From an uncultured Rikenellaceae bacterium (GTDB taxonomy: Bacteria; Bacteroidota; Bacteroidia; Bacteroidales; VadinHA17), in the NCBI GenBank assembly GCA_964383915.1, contig CAYLJE010000001.1:1893-65892 (forward strand): a DNA stretch of 64,000 nucleotides, given 5' to 3'. The translations under genes and the position numbers were made by a program. Positions within the stretch are counted from its first letter, which is position 1. Every line of letters begins with the position of its first letter. Shown here piece by piece: positions 51,720-61,517 of the stretch. The notes under the pieces are model-generated. The model was not told the origin of the DNA. It did not search any database and saw nothing but the letters and a program-made list of their open reading frames with translations.

Positions 51720-52942
51720 TTCCCTTGATTAATTTTTGTCCGTTTTTTAATAATTTCCATTGTATCCCAGGCAATCACAAGTTCTTCATTGGTGGGTATC
51801 ACCACGATCCTGATCTTTGATTCAGGGGTACTTATTTCTCCTTTCTTGCCTCCGATGATTTTCTTATTTATGGCAGCATCCAGATGAATCCCCAGAAACT
51901 CCAGACCGGAACAGACCATTTCCCGGATACCACTATCGTTTTCTCCTATACCTCCTGTAAAGACAAGAATATCCAGTCCATTGAGTGCTGCCGAATATGC
52001 TCCAATATATTTTTTAATACGGTAACTATATGTTTCGAGGGCAAGCAAGGCTCGTTCATTCCCTTCTCCGGCTGCTTTTTCTATATCACGCATATCGGAA
52101 GAAACCCCGGATATGCCTAACATACCGCTGAACTTGTTTATCAGGGTGTTGGTAGCATGAAGATTTAACTCTTCTTTTTGCATGACATAGATCATGGCTC
52201 CCAGATCCAGATCCCCGGTACGGGTCCCCATAATCAGACCTTCGACAGGGGTGAGTCCCATGGAGGTATCTACGGATTTTCCATTTTTTATGGCAGCCAT
52301 CGAAGCGCCATTTCCTAAATGACAGGTGATAATTTTTTTCTTTTCATATTTACATCCCAGAAAATCACAGGCATACTTTGACACGTATCGGTGGCTGGTC
52401 CCATGGAATCCGTAACGACGAATCCCGTATTTTTTATATAAAGAAAAAGGAATAGCATAGGTATAAGCATAAGGGGGCATGGTCTGATGAAAAGCCGTGT
52501 CAAAAACTCCTACCTGCGGAACATCAGGCAGGAGTTCTTTCATAGCGAAGATCCCTTTCAGATTAGCAGGATTGTGTAATGGCGCCAGATCCGCCACTTC
52601 CTGTATTTGCTCAATAACCGCCTCAGTGATCAGAACACTTCCACTGAATTTTTCTCCTCCGTGTACCACACGGTGTCCTATGGCATCTATCTCATCGAAA
52701 TGTTTAATACTTCCGTGTTTGCTACTGGTAATTACACCCAGGATATATTCTATTCCCTGTTGATGGTCATATATTTCACCTTCCAAATGCACTTCATCCC
52801 CATCTTCCCGCTGGTTATTCAAAAAAGAACCATGGAGTCCTATTTTTTCAACAATGCCTTTGGCCATTACGTGTTCGCGGGTCATATCAAGCAACTGATA
52901 TTTTATGGAAGAACTACCGCAGTTCAGGACAATTATTTTCAT
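51716..52942 (-). CDS. ackA: acetate kinase
   Basis: MKIIVLNCGSSSIKYQL, HRVVHGG and FTGGIGEN motifs are present, and the protein is 408 aa. Confidence 0.95.
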   Translation of the reverse strand: MKIIVLNCGSSSIKYQLLDMTREHVMAKGIVEKIGLHGSFLNNQREDGDEVHLEGEIYDHQQGIEYILGVITSSKHGSIKHFDEIDAIGHRVVHGGEKFSGSVLITEAVIEQIQEVADLAPLHNPANLKGIFAMKELLPDVPQVGVFDTAFHQTMPPYAYTYAIPFSLYKKYGIRRYGFHGTSHRYVSKYACDFLGCKYEKKKIITCHLGNGASMAAIKNGKSVDTSMGLTPVEGLIMGTRTGDLDLGAMIYVMQKEELNLHATNTLINKFSGMLGISGVSSDMRDIEKAAGEGNERALLALETYSYRIKKYIGAYSAALNGLDILVFTGGIGENDSGIREMVCSGLEFLGIHLDAAINKKIIGGKKGEISTPESKIRIVVIPTNEELVIAWDTMEIIKKRTKINQGK

Positions 52943-52980
52943 ATTTTTTTTATGCTAAGTTATTAATTTTATTAACGTTG

Positions 52981-53955
52981 CTACTGATGGATAAATATCT
53001 CCGGACAAGTAATCGTTTCTCCCTTGATTCTTCCTTTTTCATAAATATAAAACCCCTGACCTGATTCGCGACCCAGGTATCCCAGACGATACAACCGTTT
53101 GATGATAGGGCTGGGTTTGAATTTCCTTTCTGCAAACTCCTGATAGAGATTATTCATCCATTTGATTACTTTATCCAGGCCAATACGGTCAGCCATCTCA
53201 AGAGGACCGAACTGGAGGCCAAACCCCAGTTTCATGATTACATCAATATTTGTAGCAGAAGCAACTCCTTCCATCAGGGTTTCACAGGCTTCATTGATCA
53301 GGACAATGATCAGGCGGGTGCTGACATTTCCCGGTGACTCAATCAGTGGAATGACTCGTTTTCCAATGGTACGGGCAAATTTATCAACAAATTCAACGGA
53401 TTTTCGATTTGTATACATCCCTTGTACTAGTTCGACGACACCTCCACTGATAACCGAAGGTAGAAAATGCAGCCCCACAGCTCTTTCCGGATGTTTCAGA
53501 ACAGACGCCAGGTCAGAAACCACGAGGGTTGAGGTATTGGAAGCAATGATGGCATCATCCCTGACAACGACTTCTATCTTTTTGAAGACTTCTTTTCTGA
53601 GTTCCAGGCCGGTTCCCGGTTTTCTGTTGTTGATTGTTTCAATAACTATATCACAATCATAGATATTATTATAATCTGTGGAGCCATGAATATGTGAAAG
53701 TATGGCTTTTTTTTCACCTACTGTCAATCCCCATTCGTCAATAGCATCATCGAGCGTCTGGTTTAATTCGAGAAACACTTCCGCAACACGGTTATCAGAC
53801 AAGTCAATGAATTCAACATTGATTCCGTTTCTGGCAACCAGATGGGCAATTTCCTGCCCCATGTTTCCGCAACCTATCAGTCCTACTTTTTGCAGACTTC
53901 CTTTTTTCTTTACTTTCTGTCTTAATGCGTATTCTTCTATTGGTTCGACATTCAT
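52981..53955 (-). CDS. 3-hydroxyacyl-CoA dehydrogenase family protein (Hbd-like)
   Basis: It has a Rossmann motif (GLIGCGNMG), ASNTSTL, HF.P....VE, and the C-terminal GPLEMADRIGLD...GYLGRESGQGFYIY. Confidence 0.8.
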   Translation of the reverse strand: MNVEPIEEYALRQKVKKKGSLQKVGLIGCGNMGQEIAHLVARNGINVEFIDLSDNRVAEVFLELNQTLDDAIDEWGLTVGEKKAILSHIHGSTDYNNIYDCDIVIETINNRKPGTGLELRKEVFKKIEVVVRDDAIIASNTSTLVVSDLASVLKHPERAVGLHFLPSVISGGVVELVQGMYTNRKSVEFVDKFARTIGKRVIPLIESPGNVSTRLIIVLINEACETLMEGVASATNIDVIMKLGFGLQFGPLEMADRIGLDKVIKWMNNLYQEFAERKFKPSPIIKRLYRLGYLGRESGQGFYIYEKGRIKGETITCPEIFIHQ

Positions 53956-53972
53956 ATTACTGATTTTAAAAA

Positions 53973-54980
53973 TTAAATATTAAGCCCTGCTGCCTGATTA
54001 GCTGTAATAGCTGCCAGGTTGACAATGTCCTCTACACTACATCCTCTGGATAAATCATTGATAGGGGCAGCCATCCCCTGTAAAACGGGACCAATGGCCT
54101 CGGCATGAGCCAGACGCTGCACCAATTTGTAGCTTATATTTCCCGAGTTCAAGTCAGGGAAAATCATTACATTGGCTTTGCCGGCGATATCACTGCCGGG
54201 TGCTTTTTTCCTGCCAATAGCCGGGATGATTGCAGCATCAGCCTGTAGTTCGCCGTCGATAGAGAGGGAGGGATCCATTTCCCTGGCTTTTTGTAATGCA
54301 GTAACTACTTTATCCACTGTTTCATGAGAAGCACTTCCTTTGGTGGAAAAACTAAGCATGGCTACCCGGGGTTCAAATCCGCCAATAACACGGGCAGTCC
54401 TGGCAGAGGTTACTGCAATCTCAGCCAGTTGAGATGCATCCGGATCAGGATTCACAGCACAATCTGCAAATACCATCATCCCATCTTCTCCAAAATCTTT
54501 GTCTTTTACTATCATAAAAAAAGCGCCTGAAACCACACTGATGCCAGGCAGGGTACGAACGTACTGAAAAGCCGGACGCAAGACATTTCCTGTTGGATTA
54601 TTGGCTCCCGCAACTTCTCCGTCAGCATCTCCGGCTTTAATCATCACCGGCCCCAGATACAAAGGATCTTCAATCAATGTAGCAGCCTCCTCCCTTGTTA
54701 ACCCTTTGTGGGCGCGCAACGACATCATCAAATTAATGTATTCCTGTTTTTTGGAATGATCCAGAGGATTGATAATCTTACACTCTTTTATGTGTTCCAA
54801 CCCCAGCTTCTTTGCCTGGCGATTAATTTGTCCGGGATCACCAATAAGAATAATTTCTGCTATTTTATTACCGGCAAGAATATCCCCTGCCCGCAGATTC
54901 CTTTCTTCATACGCTTCAGGTAACACAATCCTTTTGTGTATTTTTTGTGCTTTTTCTTTAATACTTTTTATAAAATCCAT
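53973..54980 (-). CDS. pta: phosphate acetyltransferase
   Basis: It is a 335-aa PTA_PTB family protein with [19 protein letters not shown] and INDLSRGCS motifs. Confidence 0.9.
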   Translation of the reverse strand: MDFIKSIKEKAQKIHKRIVLPEAYEERNLRAGDILAGNKIAEIILIGDPGQINRQAKKLGLEHIKECKIINPLDHSKKQEYINLMMSLRAHKGLTREEAATLIEDPLYLGPVMIKAGDADGEVAGANNPTGNVLRPAFQYVRTLPGISVVSGAFFMIVKDKDFGEDGMMVFADCAVNPDPDASQLAEIAVTSARTARVIGGFEPRVAMLSFSTKGSASHETVDKVVTALQKAREMDPSLSIDGELQADAAIIPAIGRKKAPGSDIAGKANVMIFPDLNSGNISYKLVQRLAHAEAIGPVLQGMAAPINDLSRGCSVEDIVNLAAITANQAAGLNI

Positions 54981-55017
54981 TGTTTATCAAATAGTTATAT
55001 AAATTAAAAATTTTTCT

Positions 55018-55025
55018 CAAAGGTA
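55018..55025 (-). promoter_or_regulatory. candidate -7 box (TACCTTTG on the minus strand) for the pta-to-buk gene string
   Basis: The plus strand reads CAAAGGTA 38 nt upstream of the pta ATG at 54980. Confidence 0.4.
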
Positions 55026-55175
55026 GCTAAAAATCATATGATTTTATACCAATTCAAATGACTATTATCATAAGGTAAGACTGTTTTAAAACAACCGGGG
55101 AAAAAGAATTAAATGAAGCCCTTTGCTATCTATGTAAATGTATTAATTTTAACCCGCATAAAAAAGTTTTTATAC

Positions 55176-58118
55176 ATGATTCACGATACTTACGAAGATC
55201 TTTCCGGGCAAATCAAAGGAGATCTTTATTGGGATGAAGTATCCAAGATTCTTTATGCCACGGATGCCTCGGAATACAGGGAACATCCGCTGGCTGTTTC
55301 CCGTCCTAAAGACAAAGAGGATATTAAAATAATTCTGGCATTTGCCAGAAAAAACAGTATTCCTGTAATCCCCCGGGCGGCAGGCACTTCGTTAGCCGGG
55401 CAGGTCGTTGGCAAAGGATTGGTCATGGATATTTCAAAATATATGACCCGTATTCTGGAGTTAAACAGACCAGCACACTGGGTTCATGTAGAACCGGGGG
55501 TTATCCCGGATGAACTAAATCAGTATCTTTATCCTTACGGGTTATTTTTTGGTCCGGAAACATCTACCTCAAACCGGTGTATGTTAGCCGGGATGCTGGG
55601 CAATAATTCCTGTGGGTCCCATTCGATCCTGTATGGCAGTACACGTGATCATACCCTGGAAGTAGAGACCATTCTCAGTGATGGGAGTGAAGTGATCTTT
55701 GGTCCGTTAAACCGTGAAGATTTTATTTCTAAGACTCACCAGGAGAACCTGGAAGGGAGAATTTATAAAAAACTGCATGATATCCTTTCAGACAAAGAGA
55801 TTCGGGATGAGATACGTAAACAATTTCCCCATCCTGCCATACCCCGGAGAAATAATGGTTATGCCCTGGACCTTCTGTTGGAAACAGACCCATTTACAGG
55901 CAACGGAGTTCCGTTTAATCTGGCTAAATTTCTAGCCGGATCGGAAGGAACACTGGCCGTTACAACAGGGATCAGGTTTAATCTTGTTCCGGTGCCTCCA
56001 AAAGAAAAAGGGCTGGTGTGCGTTCACCTGAAAAAAATACCGGATGCTTTTAAAGCTAATCTGATTGCATTGAAACATCATCCCGGAGCGGTTGAATTGA
56101 TGGATAAGACCGTACTCGATCTTACAAAAGATAATATTGAACAGCAAAAAAACCGGTTTTTTATTGAGGGTAATCCCGGAGCATTACTCCTGGTAGAGTT
56201 TGTGCGTGATACCAGACAGGAGATTGCAGAGATTGCTGCTGCTCTGGAGCAGGACCTTCGCCGGGCAGGCTATGGTTATTCCTTCCCTGTCCTATATGGT
56301 AATGAGGTTAATAAAGTCTGGAATCTGAGAAAAGCAGGTCTGGGAGTTCTGGCAAATATGAAGGGAGATGCAAAACCGGTGTCGGTTATTGAAGATACCG
56401 CTGTACGTGTCGGGGATATCCCTGCCTATATGGAAGATATTGAGAATATCCTTAAAAAATATAACAAATCCTGTGTTTATTATGCCCACATTGGTTCCGG
56501 AGAAATCCATCTAAGACCCATATTGAATCTTAGAGATCCGAATGATGTCGTGTTATTCCACACTCTTGGAGAAGAAGTATCCAGACTGGTAAAAAAATAC
56601 AGGGGATCCCTTAGCGGAGAGCATGGGGACGGTCGCCTGAGGGGTGAATTTACTCCCGGGATGGTGGGAGAGAGGATCTATCAAATTTTTAGAGAAATAA
56701 AACATACATTCGATCCATACGGAATTCTTAATCCGGGGAAAATTACGGATACACCTCCCATGAATAAATTTCTTCGTATGGACCCTGAGATCCCGGTAAA
56801 AGAAATCAAGACTTACTTTGATTTTTCTGCAACGGGAGGTTACCAGAGAGCTGCAGAAAAATGTAACGGATCAGGAGACTGCCGGAAAACAAAAAAATCC
56901 GGGGGGGTTATGTGTCCCAGTTATATGGCCACCCACGATGAAGATAAGAGCACACGTGCCCGGGCCAACATGCTGAGGGAGGTGATCACACAATCCAAAA
57001 AGGAAGACCCGCTGGATGACCCACGTCTGTATAATATTATGGATACGTGTCTTTCGTGTAAAGGATGTAAATCGGAATGTCCTTCCAGTGTGGATATTAC
57101 CCGTATGAAGGCTGAATTCCTGCAACATTATTATGATGCTCACGGAGTGCCTATGCGAACACGGTTGATTGCCTGGTACAGTGTGGTGCAGAAAATGGGT
57201 ATGATTTTTCCTGCTGGCTATAATTTTTTTATGAGAAATCGTATCTTATCAAGGATCATAAAGAAAATGATTGGTTTTGCCATGGACAGATCTATGCCCC
57301 GGTTGGCTCCCCATACGTTCCGGCACTGGATCAAAAAAAATCTTCATAAGATTCAACCGCTTCATCCCACAGGGAAAGTGTTTCTCTTTGTCGATGAATT
57401 TACCAATTATCAAGATGTAGAAATTGGTAAAAAGGCGGTTAAACTACTGGTGAACCTTGGTTATCAAGTTGAATCCCTGTCACATGCAGAGAGCGGCAGG
57501 ACTTTTCTTTCCAAGGGTTTTGTAAGAAAAGCTGCAAAAATAGCAGTAAAAAATGTAAAAATATTTAAAGAAAAAGCTTCGGAACAAACCCCGTTGATTG
57601 GGATTGAACCTTCAGCAATCCTGGGATTCAGAGATGAATACCCTGACCTGGTGGGAGATGCACTGAGAAAGGATGCCCGGCAACTGGCACAACATGCCCT
57701 GATGATTGATGAGTTTCTGGCCCGTGAGATGAAAGCCGGAAGAATTAAAAAGGAAAGGTTCACAAAAGAAAAAAAACAGATCAAACTTCACGGTCATTGC
57801 CACCAGAAAGCGCTAAGCTCAACCGAATATTCACGATTGATCTTATCTTTTCCTGAAAATTACAGCGTGGAAGAAATCCCTTCCGGATGTTGTGGTATGG
57901 CCGGTTCTTTTGGCTTTGAGAAAGAACATTATGATTTATCTATGAAAATAGGCGAACTGGTATTATTCCCGGATATCCGGAGAACAGATAATGAGACCCT
58001 TATTGCAGCGCCAGGGACCAGTTGCCGTCATCAGATCAAAGATGGCACAGAGAAAAAATCCTATCATCCGGTAGAAATTCTTTATGATGCTTTGTTAAAG
58101 AATACCCCTTGTCCGTAA
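55176..58118 (+). CDS. FAD-linked oxidase fused to 4Fe-4S and CCG (cysteine-rich) domains (YdiJ-like)
   Basis: It has FAD_binding_4 (PRAAGTSLAGQ), two Fe-S motifs (CNGSGDCRK...CP and CLSCKGCKSECP) and a CCG motif (SGCCGMAGSFG). I prefer the start MIHDTYEDL at 55176 over 55113. Confidence 0.85.
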   Translation: MIHDTYEDLSGQIKGDLYWDEVSKILYATDASEYREHPLAVSRPKDKEDIKIILAFARKNSIPVIPRAAGTSLAGQVVGKGLVMDISKYMTRILELNRPAHWVHVEPGVIPDELNQYLYPYGLFFGPETSTSNRCMLAGMLGNNSCGSHSILYGSTRDHTLEVETILSDGSEVIFGPLNREDFISKTHQENLEGRIYKKLHDILSDKEIRDEIRKQFPHPAIPRRNNGYALDLLLETDPFTGNGVPFNLAKFLAGSEGTLAVTTGIRFNLVPVPPKEKGLVCVHLKKIPDAFKANLIALKHHPGAVELMDKTVLDLTKDNIEQQKNRFFIEGNPGALLLVEFVRDTRQEIAEIAAALEQDLRRAGYGYSFPVLYGNEVNKVWNLRKAGLGVLANMKGDAKPVSVIEDTAVRVGDIPAYMEDIENILKKYNKSCVYYAHIGSGEIHLRPILNLRDPNDVVLFHTLGEEVSRLVKKYRGSLSGEHGDGRLRGEFTPGMVGERIYQIFREIKHTFDPYGILNPGKITDTPPMNKFLRMDPEIPVKEIKTYFDFSATGGYQRAAEKCNGSGDCRKTKKSGGVMCPSYMATHDEDKSTRARANMLREVITQSKKEDPLDDPRLYNIMDTCLSCKGCKSECPSSVDITRMKAEFLQHYYDAHGVPMRTRLIAWYSVVQKMGMIFPAGYNFFMRNRILSRIIKKMIGFAMDRSMPRLAPHTFRHWIKKNLHKIQPLHPTGKVFLFVDEFTNYQDVEIGKKAVKLLVNLGYQVESLSHAESGRTFLSKGFVRKAAKIAVKNVKIFKEKASEQTPLIGIEPSAILGFRDEYPDLVGDALRKDARQLAQHALMIDEFLAREMKAGRIKKERFTKEKKQIKLHGHCHQKALSSTEYSRLILSFPENYSVEEIPSGCCGMAGSFGFEKEHYDLSMKIGELVLFPDIRRTDNETLIAAPGTSCRHQIKDGTEKKSYHPVEILYDALLKNTPCP

Positions 58119-58203
58119 TTGATAAATAGATAAAAAACTTTCCCGCCACAACGATTGGTATCCAGATGAGCGGAAATCTTCTTCCTGAACTTATTATTAT
58201 GCT

Positions 58204-59379
58204 TTAACGGACAGTATTGTTATTTTTCTGTTTTATCTTTTCATAATACCGATCCAGAATATTTGTCATTAATGGTTGATAGAAATTCCAGTAGAAATAA
58301 CGTTTATAACTGAGGAAAGGAATATCAAGCATTTTACTCAGTTTATCATAATTGTAAAAATAAGATGTTCTCATTTGAACAGGATTCTTCGCAAAGTTCC
58401 CTGCCAGGTAATAATAGGGGTGATCAGTGCTACTTTCCATAACAGCAGGGAAATAAGAGGGAATGGAATTTTCAGTCAAGATAGAGTCACCTATTTCATT
58501 AACATGGATTTTAAAATAGGAAATCACTTTATTGTTCCCGGGTTCAACAATTTCAAACCAATAGGGGAAAGGAACCTGATAGGAAAGTCCATATTTTTCC
58601 TGGCCATATTCTGTAGTGTATATATAAGGAATATTAAAGTCCAGGTCTTTTTTATCTTCCAGAACAACTACGCGGTTATTATAATTTATGAAAACAATTC
58701 CACCGTTTTTAAAAGTCCAGGATTTTTGATATTGTTCCCGGTAAGTATTCATAATCCATTCCGGCAACTTGGGGTTTTTGATGGAATCGAGAGAAGAAAA
58801 ATATTTACCGAGCCATTCTGTCCATTTTACTCCGAAAATTTCTTCCGTTTTTACTCTTTCCAAGGGGTCTGTAGGATACGCCATAATATCGTATTCTCCG
58901 ATTAAAAGTTTTTTTCTGGCTTTCATTTCCCTGAGGAAGAGATAATCATTGTTATTCAGACCTCCGTATATTTTTCTTGACCTCCGTGTTTTACTGATAC
59001 CTTTATACCAATCGTTGAAATAAACGCCATACGTATCTGTATAATAGGCCATATCGAAAGAATCAGCCATCGATATAATATTCGACAACTGAATTCTTTT
59101 AATCTCATATTGTTTACTGCGTTTTGGCTTTAAAGGGAAAAAACCATAATAGTCCTTTCTATTGTTGTATCTTTTGTGATCCGATTTAACATATTTTTCA
59201 TGTGTAAGTATCCAATTAAAGGACCGGTGATTTTCCCGATAAAAAGTAGGTACCGTTTTATCGAGAATTAAAATCTTTAATTCTTTTTTTGGTTGAAACG
59301 CCCATTTGAATAAACTATACCCCGGAATAATTGAAAGAATCACCAGGATTATGAAAAAAGATCTCAATGACTTATTCAT
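58204..59379 (-). CDS. hypothetical membrane-anchored protein (no recognisable domain)
   Basis: The 391-aa ORF has an N-terminal signal anchor (FFIILVILSIIPGY) and a Tyr/Lys/Asn-rich body. By eye it is visibly more AT-rich than its neighbours. Confidence 0.6.
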   Translation of the reverse strand: MNKSLRSFFIILVILSIIPGYSLFKWAFQPKKELKILILDKTVPTFYRENHRSFNWILTHEKYVKSDHKRYNNRKDYYGFFPLKPKRSKQYEIKRIQLSNIISMADSFDMAYYTDTYGVYFNDWYKGISKTRRSRKIYGGLNNNDYLFLREMKARKKLLIGEYDIMAYPTDPLERVKTEEIFGVKWTEWLGKYFSSLDSIKNPKLPEWIMNTYREQYQKSWTFKNGGIVFINYNNRVVVLEDKKDLDFNIPYIYTTEYGQEKYGLSYQVPFPYWFEIVEPGNNKVISYFKIHVNEIGDSILTENSIPSYFPAVMESSTDHPYYYLAGNFAKNPVQMRTSYFYNYDKLSKMLDIPFLSYKRYFYWNFYQPLMTNILDRYYEKIKQKNNNTVR

Positions 59380-59422
59380 ATAAACCTGAACTTTTTTGGT
59401 TAAATAAAAGATGCCTTAGGCA

Positions 59423-59430
59423 CAAAAATA
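59423..59430 (-). promoter_or_regulatory. candidate -7 box (TATTTTTG on the minus strand) for the orphan gene
   Basis: The plus strand reads CAAAAATA 44 nt upstream of the ATG at 59379. A second match, CAAACATA, follows at 59431-59438. Confidence 0.35.
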
Positions 59431-59493
59431 CAAACATAAATGTATTAAAATAATTTTATATAAAAAATTTTGCTAAAAAAACTTTTTACTAAT

Positions 59494-59516
59494 TCTTTAT
59501 ACTGACTCTTTATACT
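59494..59516. repeat. tandem 10-bp direct repeat, TCTTTATACT-gac-TCTTTATACT
   Basis: Exact copies lie at 59494-59503 and 59507-59516, between the ggt stop and the orphan-gene start. Confidence 0.5.
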
Positions 59517-59577
59517 TTAGATTATTGAATTTGTTTCTAAAGGGACAAAAGAAAAAATAAAAAACCATGAAAAAATA

Positions 59578-61263
59578 CTAATAACCCTCTGCCGTATCAT
59601 CTCCCCTGGGGTCTGCTCCTCCCTCCATCCGTTTGTCAGGTAATACACGGATTGCATCCACCCGGCCTATCGAACCTCTTTTTTGAAGAACATACCCTAT
59701 TTTTTGGATTTGGTTTATTACGGTGCTGTCCAGGGCATCTTCCTCATAAAAAATAACATCAGGTTTCCATTGATGATGAAAACGGCCGGCGCTTACAGCT
59801 TCCTGCATTGTCATCTTGTATTCGGTAACATTCAACAAGGTTTGAAATACAGATGTAATAATGGTTGATCCTCCTGGTGATCCGACCACCATAAATAGTC
59901 GTCCGTTTTTTTCCACGATGGTAGGGGTCATGGAACTTAACATCCGCTTGGCCGGTTCAACTGCATTGGCTTTTCCTCCAACCAATCCATATGAATTAGG
60001 GTATCCTGGTTTGATGCTGAAATCGTCCATTTCATTATTTAATAAAAAACCGGCACTTTTGACGACCACCTTATTCCCATAACTCCGGTTCAGGGTCGTA
60101 GTAACTGCCACTGCATTGCCTTCTGCATCTATGACCGAATAATGAGTAGTTTCTTCACTTTCGTAGCTTGTCGTTTTTCCGTAAGATATACTGTCTGAAG
60201 GAGTTGCCTGATCCGGTAAAAAATCTTTCATCCGTAATTTGCAATAAGCCGGACTGATTAGATTTTTGACAGGGATATTAATAAAGTCAGGATCTCCAAG
60301 GTACTTCGCGCGGTCAGCATAAACTCTTTTTTCTGCTTCGACCATCAAATGAACGGATTTTATGGTATTCCATCCCCATTGACGCATTGGATAAGGTTCT
60401 ACCATATGGAGCAATTGAATCAGAGCTACCCCTCCACTGGAAGGGGGAGGCATGGAAATAATGGTATAAGATTTATAAGAACTTTTGACAGGTTCTCTCC
60501 AGACCGAATGATAATTGTCCATATCCTCCTGCGTAATCCAACCGCCATCCCCTTTTATCTGTGCCAGTATGGCTTCTGCCACAGGTCCCTGATAAAATCC
60601 ATTTCGACCAAAATTACGAATACGTTTCAGCGTGACTGCCAGGTTTTTCTGTACGAGTGTATCTCCTTTTTTCCAGTGTGTGTTTTTAACAAAAGAAGGG
60701 ATGAAGCTATTTACACGAAGAAAAATCCCTCTCATATGATTAAAATTACGGGCTTGTTTTTCTGTAACAGGGAATCCTTTTTCTGCCAGATCAATAGCAG
60801 GTTGGATCACTTTCTGGAAAGGCAGATGTCCGAATTTTTTGTGAGCTTTCAACAAGCCGTCCACAGACCCAGGGACCCCGATAGCCAGATCACTGTCCGT
60901 GCTCAGCCCCGGAATAACATTTCCTGATGAATCCTGAAACATTTTTTCACTAGCCCGCAACGGAGCTTTTTCCCTAAAATCCAGTGTGGTGGAGTATCCG
61001 TTCTTTAACCGGATAACCATAAAACCTCCCCCTCCGATATTTCCGGCTGAAGGGTAACAGACAGCAAGGGTAAAACCGGTAGCAACAGCGGCATCAATGG
61101 CATTTCCTCCCTCTTCAAGAATCTCTTTTCCTACCCTTGAAGCTTCGGGATGAGCAGATACGACCATGCCGTCTTGGGTAATCAACCCGTGCAGTTTTTT
61201 TTCTGTGTGAGGTTGACAGGAGGATAAGAGCAATATGAATATCAGTAATGAATATAAACACAT
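59578..61263 (-). CDS. ggt: gamma-glutamyltransferase, secreted
   Basis: It has a signal peptide or lipobox, the autoprocessing Thr context ETTHYSV, and the GSPGGSTII motif. The protein is 561 aa. Confidence 0.92.
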   Translation of the reverse strand: MCLYSLLIFILLLSSCQPHTEKKLHGLITQDGMVVSAHPEASRVGKEILEEGGNAIDAAVATGFTLAVCYPSAGNIGGGGFMVIRLKNGYSTTLDFREKAPLRASEKMFQDSSGNVIPGLSTDSDLAIGVPGSVDGLLKAHKKFGHLPFQKVIQPAIDLAEKGFPVTEKQARNFNHMRGIFLRVNSFIPSFVKNTHWKKGDTLVQKNLAVTLKRIRNFGRNGFYQGPVAEAILAQIKGDGGWITQEDMDNYHSVWREPVKSSYKSYTIISMPPPSSGGVALIQLLHMVEPYPMRQWGWNTIKSVHLMVEAEKRVYADRAKYLGDPDFINIPVKNLISPAYCKLRMKDFLPDQATPSDSISYGKTTSYESEETTHYSVIDAEGNAVAVTTTLNRSYGNKVVVKSAGFLLNNEMDDFSIKPGYPNSYGLVGGKANAVEPAKRMLSSMTPTIVEKNGRLFMVVGSPGGSTIITSVFQTLLNVTEYKMTMQEAVSAGRFHHQWKPDVIFYEEDALDSTVINQIQKIGYVLQKRGSIGRVDAIRVLPDKRMEGGADPRGDDTAEGY

Positions 61264-61323
61264 GTGAATTAATAATTATAGAAAAGCAGAATTCGAAACA
61301 ATAACAGGATTTCTTAATTTTAA

Positions 61324-61435
61324 TCCGCCTTCGCGTTCCGCTATGGCGGACGAGAAGAAATGATTTAATTCCCCGACCCTCCGGGTCGGAAACAAATAAT
61401 TCCTTGTGATACCTCGGGGCTTCCGGGCTGCCCCG
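61324..61435. other. cluster of three GC-rich stem-loops in an AT-rich spacer
   Basis: Hairpin 1 is tccgcc(61324-61329)/ggcgga(61345-61350). Hairpin 2 is ccgaccc(61373-61379)/gggtcgg(61383-61389). Hairpin 3 is cggggc(61415-61420)/gccccg(61430-61435). Confidence 0.4.
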
Positions 61436-61517
61436 GGTTAGTTCATTCCCGGATAAGTTTCGTTAAATCTTTCATAATATTTTATTTTTTACTATTTTTT
61501 TGATATATTCAATTAAT

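Noticed and set aside
58276-58905. 209-aa plus-strand ORF antisense to the orphan gene
   Set aside because: It is a shadow ORF. Its Ile/Phe-rich, low-complexity translation has no start context, whereas the minus-strand frame has a signal anchor, a promoter box and protein-like composition.
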